A DNA stretch of 64,000 nucleotides from Alphaproteobacteria bacterium (lineage in GTDB: Bacteria; Pseudomonadota; Alphaproteobacteria; Bin95): contig OZ219786.1 of assembly GCA_964291285.2 (NCBI GenBank), positions 1,248,001 to 1,312,000 on the forward strand, written 5' to 3'. Under the pieces are notes generated by a model. That model was not told the origin of the DNA. It did not search any database and saw only the letters and a program-made list of their open reading frames with translations. A program made the translations under genes and the position numbers. Of this stretch, positions 1 through 10,557 are shown piece by piece. The number at the start of each line of letters is the position of its first letter. Position 1 is the stretch's first letter.

Positions 1-131
1 ATCGAATCGAGCACGCTCTGAATACGGTCGCGGACCATCGACTCCATCTCGTCGCGAACGGCGCCCGCCGCGCCGGCGGCGCCCGAGGCCACCCGGGCCA
101 GATCGTCGAAGATTCGCTTTCCGGTTTGCAT
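1..131 (-). CDS. ubiK: UbiK/BMFP-family accessory factor, N-terminal part (runs off window start)
   Basis: Manual translation from ATG at 131: MQTGKRIFDDLARVASGAAGAAGAVRDEMESMVRDRIQSVLDSI; divergent from lgt as is common in Alphaproteobacteria. Confidence 0.75.
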   Translation of the reverse strand, partial: MQTGKRIFDDLARVASGAAGAAGAVRDEMESMVRDRIQSVLDS

Positions 132-240
132 GGGTCCGACTCCAAGCATAGCTTCTCGACCGCGCCGACAGGATGGGCCATGAAATGATGCTTGTCACGG
201 GAGATCGTGCCGGCCGGCCGGGGCCGGCGAAGACCCGGCC

Positions 241-1032
241 GTGATTCTTCCCGTCGTCCCGTTCCCCGTCATCGACCCGGTTGCGATCGAGCTCGGGCCG
301 CTGGCGATTCGCTGGTATGCGCTCGCCTATCTCGTCGGCCTGATCGTCGGCTGGCGGCTGGCGCGGCGCCTTGCCACCGCGCCGCCCTTTCTCATGCGCG
401 CCGAGCGGGTGGATGACCTGCTGGCCTGGATGGTGCTGGGCGTGGTGGCCGGAGGGCGGCTCGGCTACGTCCTGTTCTACAAGCCCGGCTACTATCTTCT
501 GAATCCGGAAGAGGCGCTGTTCCTCTGGCAGGGCGGCATGTCGTTCCACGGAGGGCTTGCCGGGGTTGCGCTGGCGGCCTTCCTGTTCGCGCGCCGCCGC
601 GAGCTCCCCTTCCTGCGCGTGGGCGATGTCGTGGCGGCGGTGGCCCCGGTCGGGTTGCTGCTCGGCCGGCTTGCCAATTTTGTGAACGGCGAACTCTACG
701 GTCGGGCGACGGACGTTTCCTGGGCGATGGTCTTTCCATCGGACCCGGCGGGGCTGCCGCGCCATCCGAGCCAGCTTTACGAAGCGGCGCTTGAGGGCCT
801 GGCGCTCGGCCTCGTCATGCTGGCGCTGGCGTCGCGGGAGCGGGTGCGGGCGCGGCCCGGCATGCTGGCGGGCGTCTTCTTTCTCGGCTACGGGCTGGCG
901 CGCTGCTTCGCCGAGCTGTTCCGGGAACCGGACGCCCATCTGGGATTCATACTGGGGCCGGTCACGATGGGGCAGCTCCTGTCCCTGCCGCTCATCGCCA
1001 TCGGCCTCGCGCTCGCGGTCCGCCGCCCGTGA
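241..1032 (+). CDS. lgt: Prolipoprotein diacylglyceryl transferase
   Basis: IRWYAL, GGRLGYVLFY, GGMSFHGG, GRLANFVNGELYGR and HPSQLYEA motifs. Confidence 0.97.
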   Translation: MILPVVPFPVIDPVAIELGPLAIRWYALAYLVGLIVGWRLARRLATAPPFLMRAERVDDLLAWMVLGVVAGGRLGYVLFYKPGYYLLNPEEALFLWQGGMSFHGGLAGVALAAFLFARRRELPFLRVGDVVAAVAPVGLLLGRLANFVNGELYGRATDVSWAMVFPSDPAGLPRHPSQLYEAALEGLALGLVMLALASRERVRARPGMLAGVFFLGYGLARCFAELFREPDAHLGFILGPVTMGQLLSLPLIAIGLALAVRRP

Positions 1033-2036
1033 CCGGCGGTCTGGCGGCAAAGCTGGCCCGGCGCATCGGGCGCGACGGGCCGATCCCGCTCGCCGAGTTC
1101 ATGGCGCTGAACAACGCCGCCTACTATGCCGGCCGGGACCCCTTCGGACGCGGCGGGGACTTCATCACCGCACCCGAGGTCAGCCAGATGTTCGGCGAGA
1201 TCGTAGGGCTCTGGTGCGTGGATACGTGGGAGCGGATGGAGCGCCCGGCGAAGTTCCGCCTCATCGAGCTCGGGCCGGGGCGCGGCGTGCTGATGGCCGA
1301 CGCCCTGCGCGCCGCCCGGCTGGAGCCGGCGTTCCGGCCCGAAGTGCATCTGGTCGAGACCTCGCCGGCGCTCCGCTCGCTCCAGCGCGCGCAGGGCTTC
1401 GACGCGGTCTGGCACGACGACCCGGACACGATACCGGACGGCCCTTCCATCTGGCTTGCCAACGAGTTCTTCGACGCGCTGCCGGTCCGCCAGTTCGTGC
1501 GGATCGGCGGAAGCTGGCACGAACGGCTGGTGGACCTGGACGGGGACGGCTTGCGCTTCGTCGCGGGCCCGGCGCTCCGCCATGCGGGCGCGGGCGAGGA
1601 CGGCGACATGACCGAAGTCTGCCCGGCGGCGGGCGGCATCGCGGCGGCTCTGGCGGCGCGTCCGGGCTATGGCCTCGCCATCGATTACGGCTATGTCGAG
1701 CCGCCCGGGCGGCCGACCGTACAGGCGGTCAGCGGGCATGAGCCGGTCGATCCGTTGTCCCGGCCCGGCGAAGCGGATATGAGCGCGCATGTGGATTTTG
1801 CGGCGCTGGTGCGCGCAGGCCGCGAGGCCGGCGCGGCGGTCTGGGGCCCGGCGCCGCAGGGCGACTGGCTCCGCCGCCTCGGCATCGAGGCCCGCGCCGC
1901 ACGGCTCGGCGGCCAGGAGGAGGCGCTGGCGCGGCTGACGGGCGGGGACGCGATGGGCAGGCTGTTCCGGGTGCTCGCATTCGGCCCCGCCGGCGCGCCG
2001 GCGCCCGCGGGCTTCCTCGACGAGGAAGGGGAATGA
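1029..2036 (+). CDS. SAM-dependent methyltransferase, MidA/NDUFAF7 family
   Basis: GDFITAPEVSQMFGE, ELGPGRG, ANEFFDALP, DYGY motifs; lgt-midA-pgeF synteny. Confidence 0.92.
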   Translation: MTGGLAAKLARRIGRDGPIPLAEFMALNNAAYYAGRDPFGRGGDFITAPEVSQMFGEIVGLWCVDTWERMERPAKFRLIELGPGRGVLMADALRAARLEPAFRPEVHLVETSPALRSLQRAQGFDAVWHDDPDTIPDGPSIWLANEFFDALPVRQFVRIGGSWHERLVDLDGDGLRFVAGPALRHAGAGEDGDMTEVCPAAGGIAAALAARPGYGLAIDYGYVEPPGRPTVQAVSGHEPVDPLSRPGEADMSAHVDFAALVRAGREAGAAVWGPAPQGDWLRRLGIEARAARLGGQEEALARLTGGDAMGRLFRVLAFGPAGAPAPAGFLDEEGE

Positions 2037-2785
2037 TGGAACGGGACGCACTGTCCGGCCTTGCAGGCGTCGCGCATGCCTTTCTGGAGCGCGGGGGCGG
2101 CGTCAGCACGGGCCTCTATGCCGGCCTCAATTGCGGTTTCGGCTCCGGCGACGACCGGGATGCGGTGAGCGAGAACCGCAACCGTGCGCTCGCTGCAGTG
2201 GAGGCGGACCAACTGGCGACGCTCTACCAGATCCACAGCGCCGAGGCCGTGGCCCTGGCGGAGCCGCCGAAGGGCCTCCGGGCTGACGGCATGGCGACGG
2301 ACCGTCCGGGCCTGGCACTCGGTATATTGACGGCGGACTGTGCGCCGGTGCTGTTCGCGGACGCGCAGGCGGGCGTGGTCGGCGCCGCCCATTGCGGCTG
2401 GCGCGGCGCGCTCGCCGGCATCGCCGAAGCGGTGCTGGAGCGCATGGAAGGGCTCGGCGCACGGGCAGGGCGGACGGTCGCCGCCGTCGGCCCCTGCATC
2501 GGGCAGGCGTCCTACGAGGTCGGACCCGAGTTCAGGGAGGCGTTCGAGACGGCCGATGCCGACAACGGCCGCTGGTTCGTGGTGGCGGCGCGCTCTGGCC
2601 ATTTCCGCTTCGACCTCGCCGGCTATGTCGCCGGGCGCCTCGAGCGCGCGGGCCTCGCGGCCGTCTCGGTCGCCGATGCGGACACCTGCGCGGAAGAGGA
2701 ACGCTTCTTCAGCTACCGCCGCGCCTGCCTGCGGGGCGAGGCGGACTATGGCCGCCAATTATCGCTGATAGCGCTGCGGCGCTGA
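2033..2785 (+). CDS. pgeF: Peptidoglycan editing factor / purine nucleoside phosphorylase (YfiH family)
   Basis: QIHSA, LTADCAPVL, AAHCGWRG, FFSYRR motifs. Confidence 0.93.
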   Translation: MMERDALSGLAGVAHAFLERGGGVSTGLYAGLNCGFGSGDDRDAVSENRNRALAAVEADQLATLYQIHSAEAVALAEPPKGLRADGMATDRPGLALGILTADCAPVLFADAQAGVVGAAHCGWRGALAGIAEAVLERMEGLGARAGRTVAAVGPCIGQASYEVGPEFREAFETADADNGRWFVVAARSGHFRFDLAGYVAGRLERAGLAAVSVADADTCAEEERFFSYRRACLRGEADYGRQLSLIALRR

Positions 2786-2788
2786 GCG

Positions 2789-5647
<2,859 letters not shown>

Positions 5648-5753
5648 GACAGTCTCGATATTAGGGCGAACCGTCCCGGCTTAGAAGCCATGGCGCGGTT
5701 CCGCCGCAATTCGGCGGCAGGCCGGGACGCGGGCGCACCGGACGGAGGACGAC

Positions 5754-6137
5754 ATGCATGTGATGGTTCACCGGTTCTGGATCGAGAAGGGGTCCTGGCC
5801 GGAGTTTCGACGCCTTTCCAGGGAAGGCGTCTGGCCGCCGATGGCGCAGCTCGGCGCGCGTATCCTCGGCTTCTATCTCGCCGAGGAGCCCGAGCCCAAT
5901 CCGGAGGTGTCCGGGGCATGCGACATGGTCTGGCTCGTAATCGCCTATGCGGACAAGGCGCATCGCGCGGCGACTCGGACCGGTTCGCCGACATTCGCCG
6001 GCTCAAGGGCGCTGCACGACCGGCTCGAGGCGGCGCGCAGGGAACGGATGAAGCTGATCCTCGCAACCAGCGATTGCTGGTGCACCCATGACGGCTCCGG
6101 GTTCATGCCGGCCCAGTGGCCGGTGGCGGAAGCCTGA
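5754..6137 (+). CDS. Small protein, probable NIPSNAP/dimeric alpha-beta barrel family
   Basis: GGAGG RBS; F-x-R-LSREGVWP-x-M-x-x-LGARILG pattern resembles NIPSNAP; by eye only. Confidence 0.5.
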   Translation: MHVMVHRFWIEKGSWPEFRRLSREGVWPPMAQLGARILGFYLAEEPEPNPEVSGACDMVWLVIAYADKAHRAATRTGSPTFAGSRALHDRLEAARRERMKLILATSDCWCTHDGSGFMPAQWPVAEA

Positions 6138-6235
6138 GCGGACGGGTTGTCTCTCACACAACACATCGGATTCGGGTTACAACATTCGCCGGATCGAGGT
6201 TGACCAGCGGGTCCGCCGCTGTCGGGAGCGCCGCC

Positions 6236-7243
6236 ATGGCAGAGTTTTCGTATCTTGCGTTTCCTGTCCCCGGGACGGCCGCGGAGACGGCGCGCAATGC
6301 CGAGGCGGCGGGCTGGGACGCTCTCGGCTTTCCCGACACGCAGAATCTGAGCGGGGACGTTTACAGCGCCCTCGCGCTGGCCGCGTCCGCGACCGACCGG
6401 CTCATGCTCGGCCCCGGCGTCACCAATCCGGTAACCCGCCACCCGGCGGTCACCGCGTCCGCCATCGCGACCATCCAGGTCGAGTCCGGCGGACGCGCCG
6501 TGCTGGGGATCGGCCGCGGCGACTCCGCGCTCGGCTATATCGGGCGCCAGCCGGCCCCGGTCAGGGTGTTCGAGCGGTATCTGCGCGATGTGCAGCATTA
6601 TCTGCGGGGCGAAGCGGTGGATATCGACGGCTATGAGAGCTGCAACAGGTGGATCGCCGCCACGGGCATGCCCAAGGTCCCGGTCGATGTCGCGGCAACG
6701 GGGCCCAGGGTCATCTCGGTGGCGGCGGTCCATGCCGAGCGGATCACCTTCGCCGTCGGCGCCGACCCCGCGCGCATCGTCGGCGCGATGCAGACGGCGC
6801 GCGCCGCGCGGGAAAGCGCGGGGCTCGACCCCGAGGAGCTTTCCTTCGGCGCCTACATCAACTGCACGGCGAATCCCGATGCGGCCAGGGCGCGCCACAT
6901 CATCAGCGGGACCGTGGGCACCTTTGCGCATTTCACGGGCATGTCCACGGCGAATTCCGAGGGCCTGAAGGACCGCGCCATCTTCGAATATATCGGCGCC
7001 AACTACGACATGCCCAACCACGCGCGAATCGCGGCCGGCCACCTGTCGGTCGTGGACGAGGATTTCATTGAGCGCTTCGCGGTTGCGGGGCCGTCCGGCT
7101 ATTGCGTGGACCGGCTCGGCCCGCTCATCGAGCTCGGGCTCGACCGGCTCGTCTTCATCACCTTCTCGTCGGACGCGGACCCTGCGGAGGTCGCCGACGG
7201 CAACGCCCGCCTGGCGGCAGAGGTATTGCCGCAGCTTCGGTGA
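6236..7243 (+). CDS. LLM-class (luciferase-like) flavin/F420-dependent oxidoreductase
   Basis: AEAAGWD-x4-PDTQNL, GPGVTNPVTRHPAV, SGGRAVLGIGRGDS, VAATGP; ATG 6236 preferred to the ORF-track start 6116. Confidence 0.88.
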   Translation: MAEFSYLAFPVPGTAAETARNAEAAGWDALGFPDTQNLSGDVYSALALAASATDRLMLGPGVTNPVTRHPAVTASAIATIQVESGGRAVLGIGRGDSALGYIGRQPAPVRVFERYLRDVQHYLRGEAVDIDGYESCNRWIAATGMPKVPVDVAATGPRVISVAAVHAERITFAVGADPARIVGAMQTARAARESAGLDPEELSFGAYINCTANPDAARARHIISGTVGTFAHFTGMSTANSEGLKDRAIFEYIGANYDMPNHARIAAGHLSVVDEDFIERFAVAGPSGYCVDRLGPLIELGLDRLVFITFSSDADPAEVADGNARLAAEVLPQLR

Positions 7244-7315
7244 AGCGCTCCGGCCTCCCGGCAGGCCTGAAGAAGCTTTTTGTTCCAAATAAATCAGAAA
7301 TAATTCAAAAAATGC

Positions 7316-7344
7316 TTGACCTCCGGAAAGCCCATGCCTAGATA
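7316..7344 (+). promoter_or_regulatory. Sigma70-like promoter with AT-rich UP element
   Basis: TTGACC-N17-TAGATA preceded by an A/T tract (7277-7313) in about 70% GC DNA. Confidence 0.5.
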
Positions 7345-7564
7345 GGTCCGAGGTGAGCGAAGTCCGCGCGGACCGCTTCCCGCCCGCGCCGGCCCGGTGC
7401 GGAACGACCCCGATTCAGCCGACAGGCGAGGTGCGTCCTGTGCCCGCCTCGCGTGCGCGCAATCAGGCGCGCGAACCGCGCCGGCGCCGACACCCGCCCG
7501 CGCCGGCACAGGCGCGCGCAGGATACGCGCGAATAAGGGTCGCTCCCCGCCGGGCCTGCCTGTC

Positions 7565-7579
7565 GAACGCCAGCGGAAC
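7565..7579 (+). promoter_or_regulatory. Alphaproteobacterial LexA (SOS) box
   Basis: Perfect GAAC-N7-GAAC (GAACGCCAGCGGAAC) immediately before RBS AAAGGAG and ATG 7600. Confidence 0.65.
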
Positions 7580-7599
7580 GAAAGGAGCCGCCGCACCCC

Positions 7600-8589
7600 A
7601 TGCCCGTCATCGACCCCGCCGTCGCGCTTTCCACCCGCCAGGAAGCCTTCTGCCGCCACTACACAGCGTCCGGCAATGCCGCAGACGCCGCAAGGCAGGC
7701 CGGCTATGCCGAGCGCTCCGCACGACAGACCGGATGCGCCCTGCTGGAGCGGCCCTACATCGTCGAGCGCGTGCGCCGCATCCGCCTGTCGTGGCGGCGC
7801 ACCGAACGCGACGAGGCCCGCATCCTGCTCGCCCGCTCGGAGCAGGCCTGGGACGCCGCCGTCGCCAGCGGCTCGGCTTACATGATGCTCCGGGTGCTGC
7901 GCTTCCAGGCCGAGATCGCCGGGCTTGTCAGTCCGGCCGGCGCGAACCGGGCCCGCCTCTGGCCGCTGCCGCACGAGGACGAGTTCGGTGAGATCGAAGC
8001 GGGCGAGGCGCAGGAGGCGGGCACCGAGCCCGGACCGCTCGCCGAGGCCGTGCGCAGCGGCCATGCCCGGGCCGAACGAGCGCTCGCCCGCCACCGCGAG
8101 CGGCGCGAGGCGATGGAGGCGCAGGAGGGCTTCGACGGGGCCGCGCACGAGGAGGACGCCCGCAGGCTCGCCGCGGCCGTCGAGGAGCGCTCCCGCCTGC
8201 CCGTCAGCTTCGGCCCCCCGCCCGCGCCGGCGAACGACCTGCCGCCAGCCGACGACCCGCCGGAGGAGACCTACGAAGACTGCCCCTGGGCCGCCGCCGA
8301 CACGCCCGGCCACGAGGACAGCACCGACGACGACCGGGCCGACGGCGCCGAACATGACTGGCTCTACCAGCGCCGCAACGGCTACGACGACATCTACGAC
8401 CCCTGGGCCCCGGAGCAGGTCGAGGAGCGCAGGCAGAGCCGCCTCGAACGGGAAGAGCGGGGCGAAGACGAAGACAACGATTGGAGCGGACCGGCGGCGA
8501 GGGGGAAGAAGCAGAAAAAGAAGAAGGGGAAGAAGCGGAGGACCGGCCCGGAGGACGCCGGTTCCGCCCCCGACCATGACAAAACATGA
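7600..8589 (+). CDS. Orphan terminase-small-subunit-like HTH protein with long acidic disordered tail and Lys-rich end
   Basis: N-terminus LSTRQEAFCRHYTASGNAADAARQAGYAERSARQTGCALLERPYIVERV matches the TerS pattern L-T-x-K-Q-x-x-F...Y...GNATQAA-x-x-AGY; good RBS; no other phage genes nearby. Confidence 0.7.
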   Translation: MPVIDPAVALSTRQEAFCRHYTASGNAADAARQAGYAERSARQTGCALLERPYIVERVRRIRLSWRRTERDEARILLARSEQAWDAAVASGSAYMMLRVLRFQAEIAGLVSPAGANRARLWPLPHEDEFGEIEAGEAQEAGTEPGPLAEAVRSGHARAERALARHRERREAMEAQEGFDGAAHEEDARRLAAAVEERSRLPVSFGPPPAPANDLPPADDPPEETYEDCPWAAADTPGHEDSTDDDRADGAEHDWLYQRRNGYDDIYDPWAPEQVEERRQSRLEREERGEDEDNDWSGPAARGKKQKKKKGKKRRTGPEDAGSAPDHDKT

Positions 8590-8607
8590 CACTTCATGAC
8601 ACTTCAC
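8575..8607. repeat. CATGACA tandem repeat, 10-bp period (3 copies plus partial)
   Basis: CATGACA at 8575, 8585 and 8595; overlaps the stop codon of the TerS-like ORF. Confidence 0.9.
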
Positions 8608-8684
8608 TGGAGTGGGCCCCTGGTCTCGGACAGTTTTGTTGTAGGAAATTGACAGGTGCGCGGTCATTGGAAGGATCGACGCCG

Positions 8685-9035
8685 ATGAGGAAGCACCGCA
8701 CGCACAGCATGGCCTTCAAGCGCCAGGTCGTTGAGGAGTATCTGGCAGGCGAGACGTTTTACGGTCTGGCCCGCCGTCATGACCTGTCTCGCACCCTGAT
8801 CCGGCTGTGGCTGGAGAAGTATGAGGCCGGGGCCTTCGATGAGGAGGCCGAGGCGGCCGACAGGCTCCGGGCATATGAGGCCCGGATCGCGACGCTCGAA
8901 CGGCTGGTCGGCCGGCAGGCCGCGGAGCTGGAGTTCCTAAAGGGGGCTTTGCGGCAAGGACGGCGGTCGAGGCGCGCGCCCATGTCCGTGATCGCCGGCC
9001 CCGAGGCCTCTCCGTCGCCGAAGGATGCCGACTGA
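8685..9035 (+). CDS. IS3 transposase OrfA (HTH)
   Basis: MRKHRTHSMAFKRQVVEEYL...LARRHDLSRTLIRLW; candidate -1 slippery site AAAGGGGG at 8939-8946. Confidence 0.88.
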   Translation: MRKHRTHSMAFKRQVVEEYLAGETFYGLARRHDLSRTLIRLWLEKYEAGAFDEEAEAADRLRAYEARIATLERLVGRQAAELEFLKGALRQGRRSRRAPMSVIAGPEASPSPKDAD

Positions 9036-9829
9036 TGGGGATCGCGCGCTCCACCTGTTACCGCGAGCCGCAGAGCCCGGTCGACGACACCGCCCTGGTC
9101 GAGGCGATGCACGAGATCAAGGACGAGTTCGAGGCCTATGGCTGGCGGCGCATGCAGGCGGAACTTCGCCACCGGGGCCGGACCGTCAACCACAAGAAGG
9201 TCAGGCGGCTGATGCGCGAACACGCCCTGCAGCCGCCGCGCAAGCGCCGCTTTGTCGCCACCACGGACAGCGGCCACGACGGGCCGGTCTTCCCGGACCG
9301 GTCCCGGGACTGCGAGGTCGAGGGCCCGAACCGGCTCTGGGTCGCCGACCTGACCTACATCGCCATCCTGGACGGCTTCGTCTATCTGGCGGCGGTCATG
9401 GACGCCTGGTCGCGCCGCATTGTCGGCTACGCGCTCGGGCAACGCATCGACGCGCGCCTGACGCTCGCGGCGCTCGACAAGGCGATCGGGAACCGAAGCC
9501 CTCAGCCCGGCTGCATCCACCACTCCGACAGGGGCTCGCAATACGCCGCCCATGCCTACCGGACCCGGCTCGACAAACACGGGATGGTCGGCTCCATGGG
9601 ACGACGAGCCAACCCCTACGACAACGCCATGATGGAGAGCTTCATGAAAACCCTGAAGGTCGAGGGCGTCTATCCCATGGCCTTCGAGACCGCCGAAGAC
9701 GTCGCAAGGCAACTGCCGCGCTTCATCGACAGCTACAACCACAGACGCCTGCACTCCGCGCTCGGATATCTGAGCCCAAACCGCTTCGAGGAAAAACAAC
9801 ATCGCAACCCTGTCAAAAATGCCGCTTGA
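9035..9829 (+). CDS. IS3 transposase OrfB (rve/DDE integrase core)
   Basis: YGWRR, WVADLTY, MDAWSRRIVG, HHSDRGSQY, DNAMMESF; -1 frame is open back to the slippery site. Confidence 0.95.
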   Translation: MGIARSTCYREPQSPVDDTALVEAMHEIKDEFEAYGWRRMQAELRHRGRTVNHKKVRRLMREHALQPPRKRRFVATTDSGHDGPVFPDRSRDCEVEGPNRLWVADLTYIAILDGFVYLAAVMDAWSRRIVGYALGQRIDARLTLAALDKAIGNRSPQPGCIHHSDRGSQYAAHAYRTRLDKHGMVGSMGRRANPYDNAMMESFMKTLKVEGVYPMAFETAEDVARQLPRFIDSYNHRRLHSALGYLSPNRFEEKQHRNPVKNAA

Positions 9830-9932
9830 AACTGTCCGACCCAAGGGGCCCACTCCACACGGGGTGCATGGCCCGGGGACCTTTCCGCCGGCTTCGACGA
9901 GGGGCGCTGCGAGCGGCCGGAGGGGGGACAAA

Positions 9933-9947
9933 GTTACCCATTCGTTC
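9933..9947 (+). promoter_or_regulatory. Possible LexA box upstream of ssb
   Basis: GTTA-N7-GTTC, one mismatch to GTTC-N7-GTTC; ssb and uvrA are common SOS genes. Confidence 0.4.
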
Positions 9948-9964
9948 CACAGGCCCTCGGCCCT

Positions 9965-9990
9965 CGGCCGGTCGCTTCGGCGGCCGGCCG
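9965..9990 (+). other. Strong stem-loop with UUCG tetraloop
   Basis: CGGCCGGTCGC-TTCG-GCGGCCGGCCG, 11-bp stem with one G-U pair. Confidence 0.6.
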
Positions 9991-10034
9991 GGTGTATGTT
10001 CCGGGGGGCGAATCGGGTGTAAGGAACAACGGTT

Positions 10035-10508
10035 ATGGCAGGCAGCGTCAACAAGGTGATTCTGGTCGGGAATCTGGGCCGCGACCCCGAGGTCCGGACC
10101 CTGCAGTCGGGCGACAAGGTTGCGAATCTGTCCTTGGCGACCTCGGAAACCTGGAGCGACCGGCAGTCCGGCGAGCGGCGCGAGCGCACGGAGTGGCACC
10201 GGGTCGTCATTTTCGGGCGTGTGGCGGACGTCGCCGAGCAGTATCTCCGCAAGGGCTCAAAGGTGTATATCGAAGGCAGCCTCCAGACGCGCAAATGGCA
10301 GGACCAGTCCGGCCAGGACCGCTACTCGACCGAAGTGGTGCTGTCGGGGCCGAGGGGCCAGATGACAATGCTCGACAGCCGGGCCGACGACGGCGGCGGC
10401 TATGGCGGCCGCGGCGGAGGTTACGACGACCGGGATGCGGGCGGCGGCAGGTCCGCGGCACCGGCGCCGGCGCTCGGCTCCGACCTGGACGACGACATCC
10501 CGTTCTGA
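10035..10508 (+). CDS. ssb: Single-stranded DNA-binding protein
   Basis: [19 protein letters not shown]; C-terminal DDDIPF. Confidence 0.98.
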   Translation: MAGSVNKVILVGNLGRDPEVRTLQSGDKVANLSLATSETWSDRQSGERRERTEWHRVVIFGRVADVAEQYLRKGSKVYIEGSLQTRKWQDQSGQDRYSTEVVLSGPRGQMTMLDSRADDGGGYGGRGGGYDDRDAGGGRSAAPAPALGSDLDDDIPF

Positions 10509-10557
10509 TGAACCGCCCCTTCCACGACGCGGCTTCCCGCAGCCCTTCTAGCGTTCC

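Larger units (their letters stand above)
8608..9857 (+). mobile_element. IS3-family insertion sequence
   Basis: TG...CA ends; imperfect terminal IRs TGGAGTGGGCCCCT..CGGACAGTTT / AAACTGTCCG..AGGGGCCCACTCCA; 3-bp target duplication CAC (8605-8607, 9858-9860). Confidence 0.95.

Noticed and set aside
7600-8589. Prophage or gene transfer agent cluster
   Set aside because: No terL, portal, capsid, tail or integrase gene anywhere in the window
8575-8607. CRISPR mini-array
   Set aside because: 7-bp units with 3-bp spacers and no cas genes
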